Shown piece by piece: positions 54,689-63,121 of a stretch of DNA of 64,000 nucleotides. Under the pieces are notes generated by a model. That model saw only the letters and a list, made by a program, of their open reading frames with translations. It ran no database searches and was not told the origin of the DNA. Origin of the DNA: an uncultured Mycoplasmatota bacterium (lineage in GTDB: Bacteria > Bacillota_I > Bacilli_A > RF39 > UBA660); the NCBI GenBank assembly GCA_900549625.1, contig URPE01000003.1:23107-87106 (forward strand), in the 5' to 3' direction. Position 1 is the stretch's first letter. Each line of letters opens with the position of its first letter. The position numbers and the translations under genes are program-made.

Positions 54689-57112
54689 TTAATTGTTTTC
54701 TTTTTCTTCTAAATTTAATTCAATATTGTTTATCTTATAATCATTATCTTGAACATTAAGAATTAAATTTTCAATAAATAAAGTTGCTTTAAAATCTTTT
54801 ATAGAACTATTGATTGCATCTTTTAATTCTGGATTAACACTTACATCTAAGTTTTTAATTGGTGTCTTTAATGATAAATTATTATTTGATTTTTCACCTC
54901 TAGCTTGGCTTATTATTTCAATCATTAAATCACCATTTTTAACTTCAGACTCAAAATTAAATTCTAATGGTTTAATTTTTGTTAAATGAATTGACTTTTC
55001 ATCATGATATAATTCTTGATAAATTTCTTCTGTAATAAATGGGAAGAAAATGCTAAAATCTTGTAACAACTTATAAAGAATAGTATAAACTGTTTTTTGA
55101 CCAGAATATCTAGGAATATCCCCAAATTCTTCAGGTCTATATAATCTATGTTTTACTATTTCAATATAATTATCACAGAAATTCCAGAAGAATTTTTCTA
55201 AATGGTTAAGAGCAAGTCCTACTTCATAATCATCAAGGTATTTAATAAATCCCTTTTCCATTTCTTGAAAACTTCCTAGTATCCACTTATCTATGTATTC
55301 ATAATCATTAAAGTCTTTATCTTCATAATCTTGTAAGTGCATTTCAATAAATTTAGATACATTCCAAATTTTATTTACTAATTTTCTACCTCTTTGTAAT
55401 GTTTCTTCACTAAATACAATGTCTGTTCCTAGTCTTCCAGATCCTGCCCAATAACGAATTACATCAGCAGAATATTGTCCTATTAAATCAAGTGGATCAA
55501 CCTTGCTATTACCTTTAGATTTGCTAATTTTTTCGCCTTTACTTGCCATAACAAATCCAGAAATCATTACATTATCCCAAGGTCTTTGACCAAAGTGATA
55601 GAAGCTTTTTACTATTGTATAGAAATCCCATGTTCTAATGATTTCAGAAGCATTAGTTCTTAAACTCATTGGCTTTAAAATATCTTCATAATTTTCTTTT
55701 TCACCATATCTCATATTAATTAAAGGTGTAACAGAAGATGTTGCCCATGTATCCATTACATCCGTTTCTGGATTAAATTCAGTACATCCACATTTATGGC
55801 ATTTATCAACTGGTGGTTTATCAGATAATGGATTTACAGGTAAATCTTCTTTTCTTGCAAATATTGGTTCACCACAATCTTTACAATACCATACTGGAAA
55901 TGGAACACCAAAATATCTTTGCCTTGAAATACACCAATCCCATGCAACATTATTTACCCATTCATCATATCTATTATGCATGTGATCTGGATGCCATTTA
56001 ATTTCATTACCAATCTTGATAAAATCATCTTTATGACTCATTATATCAATAAACCATTGGTTCATAACTGAATATTCAACTTCTTTACCACATCTTTCGT
56101 GTGTTTGAACTTCATGTTCTAATTCTTCAACCTTAACAACATATCCACCAGCTTGTAAGTCTTCAATAATTTGTTTTCTAGCATCTTTTATCTTCATACC
56201 ACCGTAATTTGGTACTGAATCTATTATTCTTCCATCTGCTGTGAAAATATATTTTAATGGTAAATTATATTTTTTCCACCATTCAATATCTGTTTGATCT
56301 CCGAATGTACAGCACATAACTACTCCTGTACCTTTATCAATAGCGACTTTTTCATCTGACATAATAGGTACTTCTACATCAATTACTGGTATATGTGCAG
56401 TCTTTCCAATTAGATGCTTATGTTTCTCATCATTTGGATTAACAAATATACATACAATTGCTGGAATCAATTCAGGTCTTGTTGTAGCAATTGTAAAAGT
56501 TTCTCCATCTGTTGTTGAGTAATTAATATAATTAAATGTTGTTTTTATCGTTTTAGTTTCAAGTTCAGCTTGTGCAATTGAAGTTAAACATTCATTACAC
56601 CAAAGTGCTGGACTTTCCTTATGATAACAATGTCCCTTATCAATTAAATCTAGGAATGATAACTGACTAACTTTAATTGTTGATGGACTAACTGTTTTAA
56701 AATGAATATTCCAATCTGTACTTACTCCCATTTTACTAAATAAGTTTTGAAAATCTGCTTCATATTTATCAGTAGTTTCATAACAAAGTTTAGAGAATGC
56801 CTCTCTTCCAATTTCAGCTGCTTTTTTACCTTGTTCCTTTTCAACTAATCTTTCACTAGGCAAACCATTATCATCAAATCCAAATGGGTAAAAAACATTA
56901 TATCCTCTTATTCTTTTATATCTAGCCATCATTTCAGTTTGTGAATATGAAAATATATGACCAATATGAATATTACCACTTACTGTTGGTGGTGGGGTGT
57001 CAATAGAATAAACCTCCCTTTGATCTGGTTTAAATTCATAAACCTTATTTTCTTTCCAATATTCAAGCCATTTTTGCTCTTTCTCTTGAGCATTATATTT
57101 TTTATCTAACAT
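54689..57112 (-). CDS. valS: Valine--tRNA ligase, complete, of the non-bacterial (archaeal/actinobacterial-like) sequence type
   Basis: 807 aa with HIGH motif (SGNIHIGH), GFDDNGLPSE, WCISRQRYFGVPFPVWY and KMSKS motif (KISKSKGN). RBS GAGGAGAG. Confidence 0.8.
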   Translation of the reverse strand: MLDKKYNAQEKEQKWLEYWKENKVYEFKPDQREVYSIDTPPPTVSGNIHIGHIFSYSQTEMMARYKRIRGYNVFYPFGFDDNGLPSERLVEKEQGKKAAEIGREAFSKLCYETTDKYEADFQNLFSKMGVSTDWNIHFKTVSPSTIKVSQLSFLDLIDKGHCYHKESPALWCNECLTSIAQAELETKTIKTTFNYINYSTTDGETFTIATTRPELIPAIVCIFVNPNDEKHKHLIGKTAHIPVIDVEVPIMSDEKVAIDKGTGVVMCCTFGDQTDIEWWKKYNLPLKYIFTADGRIIDSVPNYGGMKIKDARKQIIEDLQAGGYVVKVEELEHEVQTHERCGKEVEYSVMNQWFIDIMSHKDDFIKIGNEIKWHPDHMHNRYDEWVNNVAWDWCISRQRYFGVPFPVWYCKDCGEPIFARKEDLPVNPLSDKPPVDKCHKCGCTEFNPETDVMDTWATSSVTPLINMRYGEKENYEDILKPMSLRTNASEIIRTWDFYTIVKSFYHFGQRPWDNVMISGFVMASKGEKISKSKGNSKVDPLDLIGQYSADVIRYWAGSGRLGTDIVFSEETLQRGRKLVNKIWNVSKFIEMHLQDYEDKDFNDYEYIDKWILGSFQEMEKGFIKYLDDYEVGLALNHLEKFFWNFCDNYIEIVKHRLYRPEEFGDIPRYSGQKTVYTILYKLLQDFSIFFPFITEEIYQELYHDEKSIHLTKIKPLEFNFESEVKNGDLMIEIISQARGEKSNNNLSLKTPIKNLDVSVNPELKDAINSSIKDFKATLFIENLILNVQDNDYKINNIELNLEEKENN

Positions 57113-57140
57113 ATCTATCTCTCCTCTACTTTTTTAAATT

Positions 57141-58025
57141 TTAACAAAACATGTACCCTAATGAACCCTTTATTTTCAATACTTTGAAAGGATTTGTACT
57201 ATTGGGCGTATTCTTAACAACACCAGTTCCTTTTTCCATATCAGCATGTTCATCGGCTATAATAGGAATTAACTTATTCATAAATGGTAAAACAACACTT
57301 TTACCAATATATTTTTGGTAACGAGCATCGCTTTTATTTACCGCAACAGCCGTATCCCCAAAAAGAGTTTCTGGTCTAGTAGTAGCAACATCTAAGTATT
57401 CCTCACTATCACTTAATTTATATTTCAAATGATAAAAAGCACTTTCTTCAGTTTTATAAACTAGTTCTTCATTAGAAATAGCTGTTTTAGCTACTGGATC
57501 CCAATTAATAATTTTTTTACCACGATAAATAAGACCTTTATTATAATAATCAACAAATACTTTTTTAACAGCTTCTTGCATACCCTCATCAAGAGTAAAT
57601 CTTTCTTTAGAATAATCAAGAGCAATACCAAGTTTAGCCCATTGAGCTCTAATTAAATCGGCATGTTCATGTGTCCAGTTATAACATTCATTTAAAAATT
57701 CTTCTCTTCCTACTGTGTATTTATCTTTACCTTGTTCTTTTAGTCTTTTTACAACTTTAGCCTCAGTTGCAATCGCTGCATGATCCATACCTGGAAGCCA
57801 TAATGTATCAAAGCCTTCCATCTTTTTATAACGAATTATAATATCTTGAAGCGTTACATCAAGAGCATGACCTAAATGTAGTTTACCCGTAACATTAGGT
57901 GGTGGCAAAACAATACAGTAAGGTTTTTTATCACTTTCTTCATCACATTTAAAATAACCATTATCTACCCAATAAGCATACTTGTTTTCTTCTACATTTT
58001 CATGATTATATTTATTATCTAGCAT
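57141..58025 (-). pseudogene. valS: 5' remnant (~280 codons) of a bacterial-type valine--tRNA ligase gene
   Basis: [48 protein letters not shown] ... [16 protein letters not shown] ... GTGVVK. Similarity decays at about 57180-57190 and a stop follows at 57141. A full-length bacterial ValRS is about 880 aa. Confidence 0.75.
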
Positions 58026-58060
58026 TTCTTACATTCCCTTCTGTTTTATTTTAATTCACA

Positions 58061-58429
58061 TTATCTTCCGTTATGTTTACTCACTTGGTCATATACTCCA
58101 TCAATAATATCCATCATAGCAGCATAATCACTAGAATTTGCTACCCCTTGTAGTACATATGTAATTTCACCATCAACAATAAATTCTCTATAAACATTCA
58201 TAAGCATAGAATTATCATTAACAGCATTATCTCTAGTAAACTTTTCTAAATAACCAACTTGTTCATCAGTTAAACTAGATGGTAAATAAATATTATATTT
58301 ATTTTCTTTGTTAATTATTATACCAACACATTTTGCATCAGATTCAATTCCCAAAATACCTAATTCCCCTTTTGCTGCTAGTATTTCTCCATTTGGCGCA
58401 ACATACCATTTTTTCACTTCATTTTCCAT
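58061..58429 (-). CDS. Hypothetical protein between the T-box leader and the valS remnant
   Basis: The ATG at 58429 (MENEVKKWY...) has an AGAGGGA RBS. The longer ORF start at 58477 overlaps the T-box terminator. Confidence 0.45.
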   Translation of the reverse strand: MENEVKKWYVAPNGEILAAKGELGILGIESDAKCVGIIINKENKYNIYLPSSLTDEQVGYLEKFTRDNAVNDNSMLMNVYREFIVDGEITYVLQGVANSSDYAAMMDIIDGVYDQVSKHNGR

Positions 58430-58445
58430 AAAATCCCTCTTTCTA

Positions 58446-58635
58446 TAAATAAAAAGATGATACCCAAAAGGAGTCATATAGACGGTACCATCCTTTAATT
58501 TAACTTTTTTTGATAACGCAGTATTCTGCTTTTAAACTCCCTTGCAACCTTCTAAAACTAAATTTATTTGTTTTCACCAACCACAAACTCTCTTTAAAAT
58601 TTATATCTTATACTCCTCAAGTTCAACGTTTATGA
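58446..58635 (-). promoter_or_regulatory. T-box riboswitch leader (candidate Val specifier)
   Basis: Minus strand has an AGAGAG box, a GGUGAAAAC distal element, and GAAGGUUGCAAGGGAG (candidate specifier GUU). The T-box sequence AAAGGAUGGUACCGUC has its 3' part (GAUGGUACC) pairing with GGUAUCAUC to form a terminator, followed by UUUUUAUUU. Confidence 0.65.
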
Positions 58636-58639
58636 ACTT

Positions 58640-58668
58640 ATTTTATATCACTAATAATAAAAATGCAA
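58640..58668 (-). promoter_or_regulatory. Promoter of the T-box leader
   Basis: Minus strand: TTGCAT, a 17-nt spacer and TAAAAT. Confidence 0.5.
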
Positions 58669-58670
58669 GT

Positions 58671-59267
58671 CTAATTCTTACCTATATAGAAAAATTCAAT
58701 ATCATCAATACTATTATCTTTTTCTGTAATAACCGGAATTATTATTTTTGTATACTTATAATTAGGACAAGAAAGATACTTTTCATTCTTATTAGTTATA
58801 CTATTTTCATCAGTCCCACAATTAAAATTACATACCCCATCTCCATCACTATCAACATTTAAAATAAAAGAACACAACTTATTATTATCATTAGGATATG
58901 TAGTAATCAAAATATTATTAAAATCATATGTTGCCCCACCACTTTCTAAAAGCCAAGTTTCCCCACTATAACTAATTTTATTTTCATAAACAACAACACT
59001 ACTATCAGTATTATTACTATATTTAAAAGTTAATGTTGCATAATCACTAGTTTTATTTAAACTTACTAAACTAAGACCTTTATCCATCAAGTCTTTTTCT
59101 ACTCTTTTAATAATAGTAGCTCTTTTAATCTGATTATCTTTAGCAAAAGAAGAATGATTATCTTCATATTCTAAATCTATCATTAATTGGAATAATAAAA
59201 GCATAACAATTGATAAAAGAGCCACACTAACAATTATTTCCATTAAAGTAAAACCTTTTTTATTCAT
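58671..59267 (-). CDS. Type IV pilin-like / pseudopilin protein
   Basis: Prepilin N-terminus (MNKKGFTLMEIIVSVALLSIV), with the G/F cleavage site and Glu at +5. Confidence 0.75.
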   Translation of the reverse strand: MNKKGFTLMEIIVSVALLSIVMLLLFQLMIDLEYEDNHSSFAKDNQIKRATIIKRVEKDLMDKGLSLVSLNKTSDYATLTFKYSNNTDSSVVVYENKISYSGETWLLESGGATYDFNNILITTYPNDNNKLCSFILNVDSDGDGVCNFNCGTDENSITNKNEKYLSCPNYKYTKIIIPVITEKDNSIDDIEFFYIGKN

Positions 59268-59268
59268 A

Positions 59269-59814
59269 TTAAGCCTCAATCCTTACATTAGCAAAATACT
59301 TATAACAATCCTTTGTATTTTCACATTTACCACCGCTTTTTGATTCTCTAAATTCAATGATCAATCTATAACCCGTATCTTTATCATTATCTAATGTTTT
59401 TAAATATTCTAACAAATTTAAATTAGTACAAAGTATTTTTGATTTACAATCAGTTAAATTAGAAACATCATAAGGAGTTAAAAGAATATTTTCAATATGT
59501 AAATTACTCTTCATTTCTTCAAAAAACTTTTTCTCATTATCATAATAACCCCCAAACAAATCACTTTGTCCATATATATTTTGATAAAACACATTTTTAT
59601 TATCTATTTTCTTTTTTAAAGTATCCAAATAAAAACTTTCTAAATAATTTTTAACATAAAAAGTTTCATATAATTTAGCTGGGTCATCATACCTAAGTCT
59701 TTTCTTTTCATTATTATTGGAAGCTACAAACAAAGAATATACAAGCATTAATGAGGCCAATATAATAGCCGTAACAATAATAGTTTCAACAAACACAAAA
59801 CCTTTTTTATTCAT
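59269..59814 (-). CDS. Type IV pilin-like / pseudopilin protein
   Basis: Prepilin-like N-terminus (MNKKGFVFVETIIVTAIILASL). Confidence 0.65.
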   Translation of the reverse strand: MNKKGFVFVETIIVTAIILASLMLVYSLFVASNNNEKKRLRYDDPAKLYETFYVKNYLESFYLDTLKKKIDNKNVFYQNIYGQSDLFGGYYDNEKKFFEEMKSNLHIENILLTPYDVSNLTDCKSKILCTNLNLLEYLKTLDNDKDTGYRLIIEFRESKSGGKCENTKDCYKYFANVRIEA

Positions 59815-59906
59815 ATTTAAAAACCTTTCTAATTCTAATAAAACCTAATAAATATTTATTAAGCTTTATTAGAAGTTTTACTATAATTAGTAAAACTAAA
59901 TATTTA

Positions 59907-61037
59907 TTAAAGACCAAGGATGAATGGATTACTTGAGCTGCCATTTCCACTTTGTACTACTACTGAGGATGACAGATAAACGACAGGACGAGCCCCACAA
60001 CCATCTGACGCACTGTCGCCGCTAACGCGGCCGTAGCGGTACACATAGAACGTATCGCGAGCATTGGAAGAGTATGCAGACGGCGATAATGTCCATTGAT
60101 AAGAACCGTTAAATAGCCAGTCATTATTATAACAATCCGAATAACTATTCCAACTATATAAAACAGTGTTTAAACATGTTGCTCGATCTGTTTCACTGCC
60201 GCCACCTGTGGCATAGCCATAATCGCTTGGATACATTAAACCTACTTTCCCTGTCCATGTTGTTGTTCTTTCTACTGTATCATTACAAGATGTTCCACTT
60301 GAACAAACTTTTCCAGTATTACTGCTTCTTTCTAATTCATAAAATTTTGAGGTTATTATATTATTATATATATACGTTTTACCATCATTTGCTCCGGTAT
60401 TCCATATGGCATCACTTATTAATGTTTTCAATTTGTCTTTAATACCTGTACTTGTGAAATTACAACTTGTTGTAGCATTGTTTTCATAGTTATAGCATGT
60501 TCCTGATTGGTTATTCCAGTATAATGAACCACCTATTGACTCACCTTCATAGCCTGGATTTAATAATTTCATTAGGTCTGCTTGGCTCCATTCGTTAACA
60601 CCATAACCATTATTTACAGAACTTTCACTTGTGTCCCACGAGTAATTACCTATTAATGTACTTCTTATTATTTTTACACGATTTTCTTTATTACCTATGC
60701 CATCATCAACATTTTTCATGACCCCTATAATACGCCATATATCGCCATCAAAACTTACATAGTTATTCGGGTCTTTTCCGATATATCTTGTATTACCATA
60801 GTTATCTGTTGCTAAGTTTGTTGTATCAGTACTTGCTAATGTTGTAATATATTCTGATACCATCGGTGGTTTAACTTTAAAATACAAATTACACTTTGTT
60901 CTTGTATAATCAGTGGCATTATAATTTTCATAATTAAGTATAGCTGAATATGTATTATCATCCCATGTTGGAACCACACCATTGGTACAATTACTCTTTG
61001 TAGTATCTAATGTATACCCAGTACCTTTTTTAGGCAT
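59907..61037 (-). CDS. Large secreted pilus-operon protein, 5'-truncated in the present frame. The open frame continues upstream to the G9 tract.
   Basis: 376-aa ORF from the first ATG. The frame stays open to 61277 and encodes a TM (IIVGIFLVLIVFALSGVYLY). The C-terminus (...WTLSPS...GARPVVYLSSS) resembles DUF6273-like modules (from memory). Confidence 0.55.
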   Translation of the reverse strand: MPKKGTGYTLDTTKSNCTNGVVPTWDDNTYSAILNYENYNATDYTRTKCNLYFKVKPPMVSEYITTLASTDTTNLATDNYGNTRYIGKDPNNYVSFDGDIWRIIGVMKNVDDGIGNKENRVKIIRSTLIGNYSWDTSESSVNNGYGVNEWSQADLMKLLNPGYEGESIGGSLYWNNQSGTCYNYENNATTSCNFTSTGIKDKLKTLISDAIWNTGANDGKTYIYNNIITSKFYELERSSNTGKVCSSGTSCNDTVERTTTWTGKVGLMYPSDYGYATGGGSETDRATCLNTVLYSWNSYSDCYNNDWLFNGSYQWTLSPSAYSSNARDTFYVYRYGRVSGDSASDGCGARPVVYLSSSVVVQSGNGSSSNPFILGL

Positions 61038-61261
61038 TTCTCTTGTAATATTGTTATCAACATAATAGGCAAAATATATGTCACCTGGATCACCTATCTC
61101 ACCATTAATTATATTAAACTGTTTATCACTTGTAAAAACTGCATATGTTTTATATAAATAAACTCCTGATAAAGCGAAAACAATTAATACAAGAAAAATA
61201 CCTACTATAATCTTACTATCATTTTCTTTATATTTTTTTAATTTTAGCTTATTATTATAAA

Positions 61262-61270
61262 CCCCCCCCC
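61262..61270. repeat. Homopolymer tract C9 (G9 on the coding strand)
   Basis: The only long G/C run in the window. It lies between the ATG at 61299 (RBS GAAGGGA) and the long ORF that is out of frame by +1. Confidence 0.9.
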
Positions 61271-61399
61271 GAGTGAGCTACACTCTTAAATGGCTTCATA
61301 ATATTCATTCCCTTCTATTATCTTATAAATAAATAATAGCATATTTTTCTATCTTTAACAATAGTTATAAAATACAAAAAAACATCTCCTTAAAGATGT

Positions 61400-62101
61400 T
61401 TATTTCATAATTAAATCAACTAATACCGGAGCCAGTATAACCATTAATATAATCGGTATAAAAAACACAACTGAGATTATACTTATCTTAGTAGGTAACT
61501 TACCAATCTCACTTTTAACCTCCATTAAATGCTTATCTCTTAAAAAATCTAACTGATTATTTAAAGATTCTTCAATATTATTACCAAATATACTTGACTG
61601 AATAATATTTAAAACAGCATTATTAATTGTATCACTTGGTATTCTTTCTTTCATACCCATTAAGCTCTCTGGAAAACTTTTACCCACTTTCATTTCACTT
61701 AAACTTTTTTTAAATTCACTTGATAACTCAGAATCAATATTTTTACTAGTAAGAGTTAAAGCATTAACTAAGTTACGACCACTTTCCATCGTAAGACTTA
61801 AAACCTCAAAGAAAAATATAGCTTCTTCTTCTAATTTCTTACTTCTCTTCTTAATAGGTAAATCAAGAACGAAATATTCACTTAATACATGAAATAATAC
61901 TAGTGTTACTGGGGCTAAAATATAACCATTCTTATTAAAAACAATTAATAAAGTAAATATAGCTATTCCACATAAAAGTCTTAAATTAAGTAAATCTGTT
62001 GCATCATACTTACAGTTTATTCCAAGTAACTTAATTTTCTTTTCAATTTTATCTATTGTTCTTACTGAATAAATTCTTCTTACTAAACTTCTTTCTTTCA
62101 T
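61400..62101 (-). CDS. Type II secretion system F-family membrane protein (TadC-like)
   Basis: 233 aa with TM, a cytoplasmic GspF-like domain and further TMs. Adjacent to the TadB-like gene and the CpaF-like ATPase. Confidence 0.6.
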   Translation of the reverse strand: MKERSLVRRIYSVRTIDKIEKKIKLLGINCKYDATDLLNLRLLCGIAIFTLLIVFNKNGYILAPVTLVLFHVLSEYFVLDLPIKKRSKKLEEEAIFFFEVLSLTMESGRNLVNALTLTSKNIDSELSSEFKKSLSEMKVGKSFPESLMGMKERIPSDTINNAVLNIIQSSIFGNNIEESLNNQLDFLRDKHLMEVKSEIGKLPTKISIISVVFFIPIILMVILAPVLVDLIMK

Positions 62102-63105
62102 TACATCTTCACCTCAAGAACTTTCTTGATTACTAAAATATAAAGAATATAAAATAGAGTTATAAATAATAGTAATATTCTTCCCATAACAGTTGTAAAC
62201 ATAGGTGTAAAATAAGCTGGATTAAGTAAATATATTACTAAAATAAATAAAAATGGTAAAATACATAAAATTCTAAAAACAAAAATACTAGCACTAGTAA
62301 GACTTTGCATTTCTTGTTTTAATTTTTTCTTATTAAAGAAATTTTTTTCAATTGTCCCAAATACTCTTACAATATTACCACCAGTTTTATTTAAAAGAGA
62401 AAGTGAACTAGTAATATATTTTGCATCATCTAATTTAACACGGTTATAAAATCTATCAAATACAACTTCGATACTAAGTCCATATGTCATATCTAAATAT
62501 ATCTTTTTAAATTCATCACTAATAGGTCCTTCTAACTCTTCTTTTACTATTTCTACAGCTTGCATAATATTTCTACCTGATTTAAAACTATTATTCATAA
62601 TAATAATAGCTTTTAATAAGTCTTCTTCAACTCTTTTTCTTTTTCTTTCATATTCAATTTCTAAGAATATATCTGGTAAAAAGAAACCTATTATAAATGA
62701 TAATAATAAACTTATAACACTTACACTTACAAGTTGAAACATACTAGTTACAATATTTAAAAAAATTAGTAAAATACCTACTAATAATTTAATAGATACA
62801 TAATCCATACCATTAAAGTTAAATCTATTTTCATAACGAATATGTTTATCATAACGTTTACTATAATTAGTTAAGAATACACTTTTCTTTAACCGTTTAC
62901 TTAAACGATGTATTAATTTCCAAAACGTATCATATAGGATATCAAAAAAAGACTTTTCATATTCATGAACACTTATTAAAGCAAACTTTTCAAATCTTTT
63001 TTCTAAAGAAATAATTCGTTTTTGTCTAATCAAATAAACAATTAAAATAAGTAGTATAATTATAACTAACCCTTGGGTAATTAATATTTGGCTAGAACTA
63101 CTCAA
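62101..63105 (-). CDS. Type II secretion system F-family membrane protein (TadB-like)
   Basis: 334 aa with the same topology pattern. Start/stop overlap with the downstream gene. Confidence 0.6.
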   Translation of the reverse strand: MSSSSQILITQGLVIIILLILIVYLIRQKRIISLEKRFEKFALISVHEYEKSFFDILYDTFWKLIHRLSKRLKKSVFLTNYSKRYDKHIRYENRFNFNGMDYVSIKLLVGILLIFLNIVTSMFQLVSVSVISLLLSFIIGFFLPDIFLEIEYERKRKRVEEDLLKAIIIMNNSFKSGRNIMQAVEIVKEELEGPISDEFKKIYLDMTYGLSIEVVFDRFYNRVKLDDAKYITSSLSLLNKTGGNIVRVFGTIEKNFFNKKKLKQEMQSLTSASIFVFRILCILPFLFILVIYLLNPAYFTPMFTTVMGRILLLFITLFYILYILVIKKVLEVKM

Positions 63106-63121
63106 ACCAATCCCCTCCTTT

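Noticed and set aside
57178-57186. The string CAAAGTATT (minus strand) lies exactly where the valS remnant loses similarity. It matches the arm plus part of the spacer of the switch A site, hinting at a recombinase target at the junction.
   Set aside because: A 9-nt match is expected by chance about once in a window this size on two strands. No partner site or palindromic arm is present. It is noted only as something to re-examine if the other element end becomes available.
54689-58025. The two valS-like ORFs read as a tandem duplication or a simple frameshifted single gene.
   Set aside because: The two N-terminal regions cover the same part of ValRS, each with its own HIGH motif, and they differ in lineage-specific motifs ([10 protein letters not shown] versus GFDDNGLPSE). 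They therefore cannot be two halves of one gene or recent duplicates.
20-60442. Plus-strand ORFs of 60-101 aa nested inside long minus-strand genes (20-205, 3007-3189, 7950-8180, 8742-8984, 11003-11468, 17215-17481, 20399-20662, 30117-30362, 32022-32255, 32798-32983, 43469-43669, 44893-45081, 45902-46087, 46841-47101, 48906-49178, 49401-49655, 50878-51081, 52581-52799, 55813-56001, 58542-58862, 60176-60442).
   Set aside because: They lie antisense to much longer ORFs that have recognisable domains. They have low-complexity, Leu/Phe/Ile-rich translations typical of shadow frames in AT-rich DNA, and they lack ribosome-binding sites.
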